DNA of 64,000 nt from a phage. The notes beneath the pieces are model-generated. The model had not been told where the DNA came from. It saw only the letters and a program-made list of their open reading frames with translations, and did not search any database. The stretch lies in sequence record PZ386973.1. The stretch is one strand, 5' to 3'. This document shows, piece after piece, positions 1 through 10,278 of the stretch; within the stretch, counting starts at the first letter, position 1; every line of letters begins with the position of its first letter. Both the position numbers and the translations under genes were made by a program.

Positions 1-58
1 CAATAATCCCAAAGTTCATCATCGGGCTTGAAATAGGCTTTATTAGATATAACAACCT

Positions 59-556
59 TCATAATTTTATTCTAAGTCTAGGAATTTCAGGCTCCTCTTG
101 ATGGACTTGATAAATAACAGGGCTATTATTTACCAGAATATAGCTTATATAAGCTGGAACATAGGATAATACAAATGGATAAGGGACTTTAGCCACATAG
201 CATTGGTATTTTCCGTTATAAATTCTAGCTGAATGCAAAACTTTAGAGGTGACAACATCATAGAACGTAGTTTTCTTCCAGTTAATAAGATTTCCATCAG
301 AATCTATAAATTGGCTACGCTTTGACCCAACTAATTGAGACAACATTGATATTCTGCCCCTAATAGGATAGAGCTTGTAGGGTAATTCCTTCCGTTTCTC
401 AAATAGAATAAGCCTACGTTGAGAAAACGTGCCAGGCAACTTCCTGTTATCTAGCACATATTTATTATACCTTGTTGTAATTACGGAATAATCACCTTCT
501 TGCTCAATTGATACAAACGCCCGTAACGCATAGACGGGCAATTTGAAATTAAGCAC
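59..556 (-). CDS. hypothetical protein
   Basis: 165-aa ORF on the leftward strand directly downstream of the polymerase gene; no recognisable motif. Confidence 0.35.
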   Translation of the reverse strand: MLNFKLPVYALRAFVSIEQEGDYSVITTRYNKYVLDNRKLPGTFSQRRLILFEKRKELPYKLYPIRGRISMLSQLVGSKRSQFIDSDGNLINWKKTTFYDVVTSKVLHSARIYNGKYQCYVAKVPYPFVLSYVPAYISYILVNNSPVIYQVHQEEPEIPRLRIKL

Positions 557-3116
557 CGAGAATCCTTTTCACGTTATCCAGATCTTTACATACAGCAATA
601 AACTTATCATCCTTGTACTTGCTGTGATCTGGATGCTCTTTATCCATTGCAGCTAGTTTCTTATACTCGAACTCTGCATCAAGTAATACACCCTTGACAT
701 AACGAGTATATTCATCATCATCAATACAAGCGATTGATGGGTGCTGTTTCTTCATCTTACCACAAGAATAGTCACGAGAACCCCCAGCTTCAGAATCTGA
801 ATCAATACCAATCGGACAGCCAGGAATACTGATACCACGGTCTTTCTGAATATTACGAATCAGGATTTCATTGTATTGGTCGATCAAATCCTCACGAACA
901 ATAGCAACTACGGAGTCATGAACCAGCATAACAATCTTCATCTCTTGTTCTAAGCCAAGAGAAATGATCTCATTATCTGCATCTACAGCACCTAAAAGGA
1001 GACTATCAGAAGAAGCAGACTGAATGATTGCGTTAAATCCAGAACGAATTTCTTCACCCTGAACGCCACGGTCTTCGGAGTGGATATTATGCAGACGACG
1101 TTTACGACCAAAGTGACTATAGATAAATCCATGATTCTTGATCTGGTCGTGACACTTATCAATCCAACGCTTAAGCTGCGGGAACTGACCGAAGTAAGTT
1201 TCGATATAGTCCTTCGCATCCGCAACAGTACACTCAACAAACGGTTCTCCTGTCTTAGCAGCCTGTTCCAGAAGAGCTTCGTTAACAGAATGAGCTACTT
1301 TAGCTGGGCCAGAACCATACAGAATACCGAAGGTAATTGCTTTAGCTGCTTGACGCAGAGCTGGGAACAGCTTTTTAACATCACGGGGTTCGCACTGGAG
1401 CTTAAATACCATGTGTGCGATGTTAGAGTGGAAGTCCGGGTATTTATCAGGTTCATTTCTCATGTTGATAAATACCTGTTGCATATTTCTATCACCAGAT
1501 AGAACAGCAGCATAATAAACTTCCGCAGTTGTTAAGTCCCACGCGATTACACGATACCCCGGAGGAGCTACTACACAACCCTTGATAATAGATTCATCAC
1601 GAGGTAACTGCTGCAGGTTCAGTTTACCAGAAGAACTCAGACGACCGGAAGTAGTCATGTGTTCGTGGAAACCAGTACGAATGCAACCATCTGCATCAAT
1701 ACTCAGAAGAATTTTCTCAACATAAGTAGAGATTAGCTTAGTCAGCTTACGAATCTCTAGCAGAGTTTTAGCAATTGGATGCTGCGTAGCCAGTTCGTTC
1801 AGAGCTTCTGCATCTGTAGAATCTGCCCCAGTATCTGTCAGTTTACCTGTTGGAGTTAACCCAACATAATCAAACAGAAGAACACGTAGCTGCTTAACAG
1901 AGTTTGGGTTAAACGCTTCGTTCTGATCTTTTTCTAGCTGAACGACTTCTGGATAAGTATACAGTTTCTCACGGGCTTTATTCAGATTATGAGTTAACTG
2001 ATACTGAGCTTCTTTTAAACGATCAACAGAAATAGGTACACCACGATCTTCAACACGCTGTAGGAATACACAACCAGGCATTAGAACATCATAATACAGA
2101 CTGCAAAGTTTTTCATTCTTCTCAATTTTTGGTAAGAAGAAGTTGTGCAAACGTATGGTAGCATCTGTATCTTTCGCAGCGTAAGGCCACATAATATCAA
2201 ACGGAATTAAATCATAGGTGAAATCCTCTTTCTTGATTTTATGTGCTTTGCAATAATCATCCTTGAATTTATCTAGTTCGAAGTCATAGTCACCCATATC
2301 GGTGTACTTCATCGCTAGAGATTTCAAGCCATGAGTACCACGACGTTCATCTAGAACATAGTGCTGCAACATGGTATCATGGAGCCTGCGTTCTTTATGT
2401 GCTTTATCAAAAGTAAGTCCCAGATGGTACTTATAAAAGTGCATATCAAACTTCAAGTTGTGAAAAACAATGGTGTGGTTTTCACTATCCAGAATTTTCT
2501 GGAGATAATATACTGCAACCTCTGTGAGACAATCAGAATCGATATATACACCCTGATATTCTTGGTGAGACATAGAAACACCAAGCAGATAACCATCCCG
2601 ACAGTATAGTGCTGAGGTTTCGGAGTCGAATGCGACAGGTCCGATAACCATATTATACACCATCTTGATATATTCTTCCGCCTCATCAGGGTCAGTAATA
2701 GGACGGTAATCACCAGCTTTTGCAATCTTCTCACGACCATTGATAATATCGTGGATATTCTCTACTGTTGCATCAAAAACTGGTTTCATTTCAGGTTTAA
2801 AATGTAACTGGGCTGGGCTGATACTCGCAATCCAGTTAGCATACCCATTATACTCTACACGTTTACCGGTATAATCACCAATACCTTTCTTACCTGCAAA
2901 GTACAGGAAAGGTTCGGCACCTACCAGTATAACAAAATCATAATCATTCGGATCAAATGGGTTTTCTGGTGTTCCAATAGTAATGTGCTTTTTAAGCAAA
3001 CGACCAGATAACTTCTCGTTACACATATGGAATACATCAACTTCCTCGCCGTATAGCTGGAAATGTTTATCATAACGAGTGTTATTTAGAGCTTTATCAA
3101 CTACTGCGATTTTCAA
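549..3116 (-). CDS. DNA polymerase, family A, with 3'-5' exonuclease domain
   Basis: 855 aa; exonuclease motif FDSETS; Pol A motif B-like KAITFGILYG; probable TTG start behind an AGGAGA ribosome-binding site. Confidence 0.9.
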   Translation of the reverse strand: MKIAVVDKALNNTRYDKHFQLYGEEVDVFHMCNEKLSGRLLKKHITIGTPENPFDPNDYDFVILVGAEPFLYFAGKKGIGDYTGKRVEYNGYANWIASISPAQLHFKPEMKPVFDATVENIHDIINGREKIAKAGDYRPITDPDEAEEYIKMVYNMVIGPVAFDSETSALYCRDGYLLGVSMSHQEYQGVYIDSDCLTEVAVYYLQKILDSENHTIVFHNLKFDMHFYKYHLGLTFDKAHKERRLHDTMLQHYVLDERRGTHGLKSLAMKYTDMGDYDFELDKFKDDYCKAHKIKKEDFTYDLIPFDIMWPYAAKDTDATIRLHNFFLPKIEKNEKLCSLYYDVLMPGCVFLQRVEDRGVPISVDRLKEAQYQLTHNLNKAREKLYTYPEVVQLEKDQNEAFNPNSVKQLRVLLFDYVGLTPTGKLTDTGADSTDAEALNELATQHPIAKTLLEIRKLTKLISTYVEKILLSIDADGCIRTGFHEHMTTSGRLSSSGKLNLQQLPRDESIIKGCVVAPPGYRVIAWDLTTAEVYYAAVLSGDRNMQQVFINMRNEPDKYPDFHSNIAHMVFKLQCEPRDVKKLFPALRQAAKAITFGILYGSGPAKVAHSVNEALLEQAAKTGEPFVECTVADAKDYIETYFGQFPQLKRWIDKCHDQIKNHGFIYSHFGRKRRLHNIHSEDRGVQGEEIRSGFNAIIQSASSDSLLLGAVDADNEIISLGLEQEMKIVMLVHDSVVAIVREDLIDQYNEILIRNIQKDRGISIPGCPIGIDSDSEAGGSRDYSCGKMKKQHPSIACIDDDEYTRYVKGVLLDAEFEYKKLAAMDKEHPDHSKYKDDKFIAVCKDLDNVKRILGA

Positions 3117-3177
3117 ATTTAATCTCCTCTTGGTAAGTAAGTATAACTTCAGTGTTTCTTCTCTAACTTACCAATAT

Positions 3178-3206
3178 ATTATATCAAAATATTGGGATAA
3201 TAGCAA
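3178..3206 (-). promoter_or_regulatory. sigma70-type promoter (-35 TTGCTA, 17-bp spacer, -10 TATAAT) upstream of the polymerase gene
   Basis: Reverse complement reads TTGCTA-17 nt-TATAAT; same architecture as the other promoters in the window. Confidence 0.5.
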
Positions 3207-3209
3207 ATA

Positions 3210-3539
3210 CTATTTATAGGTGTGAAGTAATTTACGCATTTCATTGCGCTGCTTTTCTAGTACCCGAAATTCTTCATCTATACGCAGAAAAGCATCTAGC
3301 GCTTTCATAGATTGCTCAGTATTTTCTACAACAGCCCAATCATATGTTAGGTATACCTCTTGACCTGTATCTTTTACTTTAAAGTAAATATAAGATGCAG
3401 GTAATTTAGGATCACCAAATAAATGGAAATTCTTTCGTTTATTAAGGGACTCCAGTGTTGTAAACCGCTCTAGTTTAACCTCTTTGTGTGTTATACTATC
3501 ATACACTGGAACATCCGCATAAATATATACATATTCCAT
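3210..3539 (-). CDS. hypothetical protein
   Basis: 109-aa ORF between primase and polymerase, same strand. Confidence 0.4.
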   Translation of the reverse strand: MEYVYIYADVPVYDSITHKEVKLERFTTLESLNKRKNFHLFGDPKLPASYIYFKVKDTGQEVYLTYDWAVVENTEQSMKALDAFLRIDEEFRVLEKQRNEMRKLLHTYK

Positions 3540-3565
3540 AGTAGCTCCTCAGTTATTTAGGACTA

Positions 3566-4456
3566 TTATACCAAATCTTTAAGCGATTCAGCAACTAAAA
3601 TTTCAATACGTTTTGCTAACATATCAATTTCTTCTTTATTTAAGTCACCTGGGTCTTTACCTTCAGGCAGAAGAAAGTTAGCAACTACAGGTGTTAAACG
3701 CGTTTTTGTACGAATTAGCTTGGCCAGTGCTTGTGCAGCTTTATTACCAGAAGCATCATTATCTAGTAAGATAACAACAACTTTTACACCAGCAATAATA
3801 TAAGGACTAAACTTATCTGCAATGTTATCCGAAGTAAACTGATGTGTACCAAAGCAGCAAGAAGCATAGTCTATGCCATTATCCTCTAGGTTCAGCATAT
3901 CAAAGATACCTTCAACTAAAATAAGAACTGGAGTATTATATCGTACAGGAAAAATTGGCGGTGAAACTTGTTTTGGTTTTACTAAGTATTTAGGAGGGGC
4001 AGAACTGTTTATAGAACGACCCAAAAATAGGGTATTGCGTCCAACAGCATCTGTGATTGGGAATACAATTCTGCCTTCCCAGTCTGCTTGGTGTTGGAAA
4101 GCAAAATATTTCTTCAAGGTCTTAGAACTTATACCTCGGAAATCACCTTCGAAAAGGTAAGCAGATTCAGGAATTGCAAGATTCGTTGATCCATTCCTAA
4201 TCTCTGAAATCTTTTTACGTACTTGCGATAGCCTTGGAGACTGTCGGTACTGAGTCTCATTAAAATAATGGTAAATGCTCGGTATACCTTTACCGAAGCC
4301 ACAACTCAAGCAGTGCATAATACCTGTTTCAGGATCAATACGCAAACTTGGGTGTTTATCGTCATGATCTGGATTGAGACAACAGATGAGGATGTCCCCA
4401 CCTGTGTCTTTATATTCAATGCCTTTCAGATCAAGTAGTTCTGTTATTCTACTCAT
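3566..4456 (-). CDS. DNA primase (DnaG-like, zinc finger plus Toprim)
   Basis: CHC2-type zinc finger (CLNPDHDDKHPS...HCLSCGFG); Toprim E (LILVEG) and DxD (LLDNDASG); 4-bp overlap with helicase gene. Confidence 0.8.
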   Translation of the reverse strand: MSRITELLDLKGIEYKDTGGDILICCLNPDHDDKHPSLRIDPETGIMHCLSCGFGKGIPSIYHYFNETQYRQSPRLSQVRKKISEIRNGSTNLAIPESAYLFEGDFRGISSKTLKKYFAFQHQADWEGRIVFPITDAVGRNTLFLGRSINSSAPPKYLVKPKQVSPPIFPVRYNTPVLILVEGIFDMLNLEDNGIDYASCCFGTHQFTSDNIADKFSPYIIAGVKVVVILLDNDASGNKAAQALAKLIRTKTRLTPVVANFLLPEGKDPGDLNKEEIDMLAKRIEILVAESLKDLV

Positions 4457-5925
4457 ATATCGCTGGCCTGTTCACCTGTTGAATTTTCAGCTTTGTCTTT
4501 CTTAGCACGTTTAGGTTGAGCCGGCTTATCCTTCTCAATAGGGATAACGAACTCAGCTTCCATTTGAGATATATCTTCCATTGCTAGGTTGGTAGTGTTA
4601 TCCATCCGCAGGGTTTCCCAGTTCATCTTAGGCATAAACTTAACGCTATCAGAAGAACGAGTCTTAACGAAGTCAAACATAATAGCACCTTGACCATTAT
4701 CAGCTTTTGCAGCATTAAGATTAGCAGCCATGTCTGCGGAATCAAGAATCCCCTTTGACATACGTGTTCTACCATCTTGATCGATCTGGTAAGGAGCTAC
4801 GCCAGCCACGTTATGTTTCTGGCAGATAGATTTGAAAGACGAGCTAACAACCATCTGTTCTTTCCAGTCATACATATCAATGGTTTTAGAGTCTGGAAGT
4901 CGGGTTTGGTTAATATAGTCAAGTAGAGCTACTGTAACTTTATCACCATATCTAGCAACTAATTTATTTAATTCTACGTCAACTGTTGTAATAGACAACT
5001 CAGGGTCATAAACAATAATCATAGGAGTATGTAGCTCATACCCTTCTATTAGCCTACTCTCCATATCGTAGAAATCACTCATCTTAGCCATTGTGTACTG
5101 TTTAACGAAGCTATCAAAAAGCTCTTCGCCACCATTAAACATCCTAGCTCTAGTTCTGGCTAATCTCAACAGAGCTGCACCTTCTAGAGTATTATTACGC
5201 ATTGCTAGTGCTGATACACCAGCTAACATGGCTAGATTACGTCTAAATACTTCATGTTCTTTCATCTCAATTGAGAAGTATGGAGCAATATCTCCATTCA
5301 AATATTGCTGAACCTGTATGTTTGAACAGATAATGGATTTACCAGTACCACGCCAACCACCAAGCAGTAACGTTTCTGTGCGAGCTAAACCAATTTGAGC
5401 GTCGAACTCATTACAAATACCAAGAGCGATTAAGTTCAGTTTGGTATCTTCTTCTCTCTGGAAAATACGCATGTTATCTGCGTTGAATACTTTTCCAGTA
5501 TTCGTTACTTTCTCTTCTAATTTTAAGTGAAGGGAGGCAACTCGGTTGAGAATTTCTCCCTGATCCAGCATTGTTAAATCTTGAAGCACGTCTGTTTCTA
5601 GAAGCTTCAGGAATAAATCCTGTGTATACTCGGCCTCTAGGACTTCAAGTGCCTGTTCCATGCTCACTTCTGGAATTTGAGTGTTAGCTAAGACGACTAG
5701 GGCTTGAGAAAGGCGGGCGTTCCTATTAGCTTCAAGCATAAGTGCGTCAATGGACGGCATTGTGTTATATTTTTTATAATAATTCTGGACGGCTTGGTAA
5801 ATTGAGGAGAAAGCGTCATTAAAATGATCTTTATGCAGTTTTGAGAATGTTTCCAATGCTATTTGCTTCTGTTCGGAAGCTAGAAGCATCTTCAACACTA
5901 CAGCTTGCACGTTAAACAAGGTCAT
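4453..5925 (-). CDS. DnaB-like replicative helicase
   Basis: Walker A GGWRGTGKS; start moved to the ATG at 5925, which has an AAGGAGA ribosome-binding site; track ORF extends to 5976. Confidence 0.7.
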   Translation of the reverse strand: MTLFNVQAVVLKMLLASEQKQIALETFSKLHKDHFNDAFSSIYQAVQNYYKKYNTMPSIDALMLEANRNARLSQALVVLANTQIPEVSMEQALEVLEAEYTQDLFLKLLETDVLQDLTMLDQGEILNRVASLHLKLEEKVTNTGKVFNADNMRIFQREEDTKLNLIALGICNEFDAQIGLARTETLLLGGWRGTGKSIICSNIQVQQYLNGDIAPYFSIEMKEHEVFRRNLAMLAGVSALAMRNNTLEGAALLRLARTRARMFNGGEELFDSFVKQYTMAKMSDFYDMESRLIEGYELHTPMIIVYDPELSITTVDVELNKLVARYGDKVTVALLDYINQTRLPDSKTIDMYDWKEQMVVSSSFKSICQKHNVAGVAPYQIDQDGRTRMSKGILDSADMAANLNAAKADNGQGAIMFDFVKTRSSDSVKFMPKMNWETLRMDNTTNLAMEDISQMEAEFVIPIEKDKPAQPKRAKKDKAENSTGEQASDI

Positions 5926-5957
5926 TCTCCTTTGCACGCTTTCGTGCCTTCTAAATG

Positions 5958-5992
5958 CAAAAAGGGGAAGGAGCATAGCCCCCTCCCCTTAG
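5958..5992 (-). terminator. rho-independent terminator candidate
   Basis: GC-rich hairpin (GGGGAGG...CCTTCCCC) followed by a T-run on the minus strand, just downstream of the 6008-6775 gene. Confidence 0.5.
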
Positions 5993-6007
5993 GTTTAATT
6001 TACCAGA

Positions 6008-6775
6008 TTATTCAGCAGCCGCAGCTTTTGCATCCAGTTTAGCACGCTTAGCGGCACCATCATAGTCCTTAGCAACCAGACCACGACGAGACAGCATAGA
6101 TTTAACACCGCGCTCAGACTTACCAGTTTTCTCAGCGATCTCAGCAACAGTCATGTTAACCAGATCCAGGCCTTCTAACAGATCTTCACGAGTTTTAGCA
6201 CTTGAGGTTTCCTGTACCGGCATAGCAGCGATACGACCTTCACGAAGCAGGCTCAGAGCTTTACCACGGATCTGCTTGATATTACGACCGAAGTGAGCAG
6301 CGATAGCTTCAATAGTAGCACCAGCAACAACCTGATTAACAAAATCAGTTTCTTCATCCGGAGTGAAGGAACGAACAGCGGCGGCTTTTTCGGTTGGTTT
6401 AACAGAAGCGGTCATTTCCAGGCTCAGAATTTTACCCTGTACCTGTTTAGCACCGAACTGACCACCAGCTACAGCAGCAGCGATTTCAGCATAAGTATAC
6501 TGACCAGCATGAGCGTTCAGGAAATCAACCAGTTCAGCTTCCTGCTCAGGAGTCCACGGGGATTTCTGTACTTCGTTAGCTTTCTGTACTTCGAAACCTT
6601 CTTTACGCAGCTTAGAGCCAACAGAGCGAGCGGTAACGTCTTTGCCAGTTTCAGCAGCCAGTTCAGCGGCGATAGCAGCTACTTGTTCTTGAGAGATTAC
6701 AGAAACACCCAGAGCAGTGGCTTTTGCTTTCAGAGACTCGGTTACACCTTCTACGTTCCAGTTCAGTTTAGACAT
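6008..6775 (-). CDS. hypothetical alanine-rich protein
   Basis: 255-aa ORF with internal repeated Ala/Lys-rich segments; position between helicase and ligase genes; function not readable from sequence. Confidence 0.45.
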   Translation of the reverse strand: MSKLNWNVEGVTESLKAKATALGVSVISQEQVAAIAAELAAETGKDVTARSVGSKLRKEGFEVQKANEVQKSPWTPEQEAELVDFLNAHAGQYTYAEIAAAVAGGQFGAKQVQGKILSLEMTASVKPTEKAAAVRSFTPDEETDFVNQVVAGATIEAIAAHFGRNIKQIRGKALSLLREGRIAAMPVQETSSAKTREDLLEGLDLVNMTVAEIAEKTGKSERGVKSMLSRRGLVAKDYDGAAKRAKLDAKAAAAE

Positions 6776-7550
6776 TATTATTTTTCTCCAATAGTTCTTT
6801 AATCGACAGGATTTCTATCCCATTCGTTTCGGCTTTCTTATAAGATGAGGAAGAACGTTTTGATTCATCCTCACAGATTAGGTATTTGACGTCTTTAGTA
6901 ACGGATTTCTTAACCGTATACCCTAGACTTTCTAAATAGTTTGTTGCATCCGTTCTATTTGCAAAATCTTGCAAAGATCCGGTAATACATACCGCGATTC
7001 CATTTGGCTGGGCAACTAATTCATCTGCAATGATGATGTCAGCTTTAGCACCCTTAATACCATTTGAGAATTTCCACGGTAATTCAATAACATCCTTGCC
7101 TTGTGGGGAATTTAGCCAGGCTTTATAATTTTCTCCAGCTTTGCCGTCAGCTCTCACATCTTGAAAACTGGTGCAATTTTGGGATAATTTCTTTGCTGCA
7201 ACCTCTCCAATTAGGGGGATTCCTAAAGAACCGAGAACTGAACCAAAGTCAATGTCTCCGCGAACTTTAGTATTTAATTCGCTAGTTAACTTAGCGGCAA
7301 CCTTGCTACCCACGGCTCTAACCAAATCTTCTTCGGTTAGGTAAAATAGTTCTGAAATCTTCGTCAGCTCCAGCTTCTCAATAGTTTTTGGGCCAAAACC
7401 CTTTAACTTCATCTTTGTACAGAAGTTCTCGATTAACTTACTTGATTGCGCTGGACAGTTGGACTTATTCCGACAGAATAATTGTCCGTTGACAAGATCT
7501 AGCTTAGAACCACAAGAGGGACATTGTGTTGGAATTTCGATTTTCATCAA
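6768..7550 (-). CDS. NAD-dependent DNA ligase, C-terminal part (zinc finger, helix-hairpin-helix, BRCT-like)
   Basis: Cys4 motif CPSCGSKLD...CRNKSNCP; separate ORF from the adjacent adenylation-domain ORF. Confidence 0.7.
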   Translation of the reverse strand: MMKIEIPTQCPSCGSKLDLVNGQLFCRNKSNCPAQSSKLIENFCTKMKLKGFGPKTIEKLELTKISELFYLTEEDLVRAVGSKVAAKLTSELNTKVRGDIDFGSVLGSLGIPLIGEVAAKKLSQNCTSFQDVRADGKAGENYKAWLNSPQGKDVIELPWKFSNGIKGAKADIIIADELVAQPNGIAVCITGSLQDFANRTDATNYLESLGYTVKKSVTKDVKYLICEDESKRSSSSYKKAETNGIEILSIKELLEKNNNV

Positions 7551-7577
7551 ATTTCTTCCTTATCAATTTATATAAAT

Positions 7578-7606
7578 ATTATAGCAAGTATTTAAGCATT
7601 TAGCAA
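7578..7606 (-). promoter_or_regulatory. sigma70-type promoter upstream of ligase C-terminal part
   Basis: Reverse complement TTGCTA-17 nt-TATAAT followed by the conserved ATAAATTGATA leader. Confidence 0.5.
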
Positions 7607-7749
7607 CTACAATTTTAACTAACTTTGCTTACCCTCGCCATAACTTTCTATCCCTCAACTGAATGATAATAGTATATACCTAAGCGGCGAAAATGTCAAT
7701 AACCACTTTATAATTCCGATATGGTAGATGGGTAGCAAAGGGTTATGTA

Positions 7750-8721
7750 TTAATCGTATACTCGCTCTACTATGCACGGGATTACACCACCAGCACGAAT
7801 CACTCGAATCTGGCAACCGATCTCTAGATCAAGAGAGTTAATATAATCAACGTTATTAAGAGTCGCTTTAACAATTGTAGCATCATCAATAATTACCGGT
7901 TCGAAATAACCAACTGGAGTTACTTTACCAGAAGCCCCTACCTGCCATTCAACTTTAGTAAGAGTTGTAATCTCGCCTTCTTCATCCTCTTTAATAGCGA
8001 ATGCTCCACGAGGGAATTTATTAGTCCAGCCTTCTCGGAAGAATTTGTTGTTGTCATTAATACGAACAACTTTACCGTCCGTCGGAATCCATTTAAAGAA
8101 GGAACGCACATTAACAACTGTTAAGAAGTTCTCATTCTCTAGCCAAAGCATATCTTTTAAATACGATTCTGTAATACCTACAGATTCAGTAGAGCACTGG
8201 ATACCGTATGCAACGAAGATTAAACCACCTTCCCCGATACGTTGTACGAAATCATCACTATCTTTGAGGTTAATAGCACCCGAGGCAAAGTTACGTTTAT
8301 TTTCTACTTCTTTTGTAATTAGAACTTCACCAGTGATTTGGGTTGGTACTTTTTGGGAAATCCTTTTAGGAATGTTCAGCAATCTTACGTTGCTTGTGAC
8401 ATCATTCCCTAGAATACCATTACCCCGAGTTAGTGCTTGAACAAATTCGCCATTAATATATAACAGAGAAATCGCACAACCATCTAACTTATCAGTTTCT
8501 ACCTGACCTAATGGGTTAAACGGAGGTTTATCTCCACGATTATAATAAACTTTCTGTAAAGAATACATACGATACAGATGTGGAATATCACCCTTAGGCC
8601 CGATCTCTTCTTCTAACGGAAATCTTTTAATCAGACGATCATATTCTTCGTCAGAGATTAAAGACATTCCCTGGTAATATGCTTCTTGGCAACGTTTAAT
8701 AAATTCTTTTACATTAGTCAT
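7750..8721 (-). CDS. NAD-dependent DNA ligase, N-terminal adenylation domain
   Basis: Adenylation motif KLDG (DKLDGCAI); 323 aa; lies directly upstream of the C-terminal part. Confidence 0.8.
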   Translation of the reverse strand: MTNVKEFIKRCQEAYYQGMSLISDEEYDRLIKRFPLEEEIGPKGDIPHLYRMYSLQKVYYNRGDKPPFNPLGQVETDKLDGCAISLLYINGEFVQALTRGNGILGNDVTSNVRLLNIPKRISQKVPTQITGEVLITKEVENKRNFASGAINLKDSDDFVQRIGEGGLIFVAYGIQCSTESVGITESYLKDMLWLENENFLTVVNVRSFFKWIPTDGKVVRINDNNKFFREGWTNKFPRGAFAIKEDEEGEITTLTKVEWQVGASGKVTPVGYFEPVIIDDATIVKATLNNVDYINSLDLEIGCQIRVIRAGGVIPCIVERVYD

Positions 8722-8752
8722 TTATTTGTATCTCTCATTAATTTATATAAAT

Positions 8753-8781
8753 ATTATATAACAAAACTGAGTTGAAAGCAA
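8753..8781 (-). promoter_or_regulatory. sigma70-type promoter upstream of ligase adenylation-domain gene
   Basis: Reverse complement TTGCTT-17 nt-TATAAT plus ATAAATTAATGAGAG leader. Confidence 0.5.
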
Positions 8782-8808
8782 ATACATTTATAAAGAAAAA
8801 GCCAAGAA

Positions 8809-9117
8809 CTAGGCATTCTTGGCTTTGAGTTCTTCAGCTCGTTTCTGTACTTCATGTAAAACCTCAGATTCGCTAAGAATCTGTGTAAACGCATAGAAAA
8901 GCTGTGATGTTGTTTCTAGAGTGTAAGGAAAAGAGAAGCCAGATTTCGTTGGAAACCATTCATCATTAATATCAAGAAGCCAGTAACGAATACCCATGTA
9001 TAGATTCCCACGAAATTCAGATACTGTTAATCTTACTTGTTCTCCCTCCTTCTCCCAAAGTATGATGGACTGGTCATCAACGTGTCCTTCATAGTTTTGA
9101 TTTACCTGTTCGCTCAT
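8809..9117 (-). CDS. hypothetical protein
   Basis: 102-aa ORF, leftward strand. Confidence 0.4.
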   Translation of the reverse strand: MSEQVNQNYEGHVDDQSIILWEKEGEQVRLTVSEFRGNLYMGIRYWLLDINDEWFPTKSGFSFPYTLETTSQLFYAFTQILSESEVLHEVQKRAEELKAKNA

Positions 9118-9167
9118 TTACATATCCCAAATACACAAAAAGCCCCATATAGGGGCTAATTGGTTTC

Positions 9168-9464
9168 TTATCGGCCTACTGGAGAAGCACGATCTAACTC
9201 TGATTGGAGGCTAGTCACACGACGGACTTTCTCGACAGGAATAAAACGGAAGCTATCATTAGTACGAGAGAAGACAAGGATTTCATCATCTTTCGCTTTA
9301 CGAATACGTTCACGTTTAATACGCTCAGCCAGATATTTATCCTGGGCTGGATCAAATTCCATCGTACCCTGAAGGTACGTGGTTCCTTTCTGACGAAGTT
9401 TCTCGTAATGAAGATAAAACTCACCAAATTTTTCACATTGTGCGATAATTTCAGCTTTGGTCAT
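9168..9464 (-). CDS. hypothetical protein
   Basis: 98-aa ORF, leftward strand. Confidence 0.4.
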   Translation of the reverse strand: MTKAEIIAQCEKFGEFYLHYEKLRQKGTTYLQGTMEFDPAQDKYLAERIKRERIRKAKDDEILVFSRTNDSFRFIPVEKVRRVTSLQSELDRASPVGR

Positions 9465-9500
9465 AACTGTGTTCCTTTTGTTGGTGGATTTATCTAAAAA

Positions 9501-9911
9501 TTACTTAGTGATAGCTCGGATTGCTTCTGCCAGATGAGCAGCTGCTTTACCGGTCAGTTTGTCGATAATTGCATCATCCAGAAAATCTGGTGCTAAGCCA
9601 GCATCAGAGAATGCTGAACGAAGATCGGCGTGGGCTTGGGCTTTGGAAGTACGAGAACCACCAGAAGCTTTTTCTCCGGTAGACGCGCTAGATTTAGAAG
9701 CAGAGCCAGCAGCTTTCTTGATATACAAACCTGCTTTAGTTAGCTTCATACGAAAACCGTTCGGAGTTACACCATTTTCCTGGGCAATTTCGCTAACAAT
9801 TTCCATGCTAACACCCGGACGTTCATCTTCTGGGAATTTCTCCATACGAGCAACATATTCGGAAGACATTTTTTCGAACAGTTCATCAGTCCACTGAGTT
9901 GGAGTAGTCAT
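9501..9911 (-). CDS. hypothetical protein
   Basis: 136-aa ORF with Ser/Ala/Gly-rich C-terminal half. Confidence 0.4.
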   Translation of the reverse strand: MTTPTQWTDELFEKMSSEYVARMEKFPEDERPGVSMEIVSEIAQENGVTPNGFRMKLTKAGLYIKKAAGSASKSSASTGEKASGGSRTSKAQAHADLRSAFSDAGLAPDFLDDAIIDKLTGKAAAHLAEAIRAITK

Positions 9912-10017
9912 ATTTTATATTTCCTTAATTAAGAATTAAACAGAATAGTTCTTTCAAACTATGAGAATATTATATCAAGAATTATAGGATTAAGCAACTG
10001 AAATTTTTCGGTAATTG

Positions 10018-10278
10018 CTACACATCTAGCTCAACAATCTCCCAATCATCCGCTAGAGCTTCGTCTAGTGTTAATTCAACTTCTTCATCACTAGGCAGTA
10101 GTGTAGTATCTGAAGGCATCCACACATATTGGCGTACAGTATTGCTGTCTACGTCAAATTTCAATAGTACAGTATATTCTTTATTATTTTCCCAGCAATC
10201 TCGCTGGAGATATTTTACGTCTCCAGCTTTCAGCAAATCAGTTAGCTTACTCACGGCGTTTTCCTTTTTCTTTATCAA
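10018..10278 (-). CDS. hypothetical acidic protein
   Basis: 86-aa ORF; overlaps the start of the next gene. Confidence 0.35.
   Translation of the reverse strand: MIKKKENAVSKLTDLLKAGDVKYLQRDCWENNKEYTVLLKFDVDSNTVRQYVWMPSDTTLLPSDEEVELTLDEALADDWEIVELDV

Noticed and set aside
992-1502. Antisense and overlapping ORFs inside the DNA polymerase gene (992-1240 minus, 1080-1502 plus)
   Set aside because: They lie entirely within or opposite a well-supported 855-aa gene and have low-complexity translations; they are almost certainly spurious, like similar track ORFs inside the helicase, nrdD, nrdA and SPFH genes.
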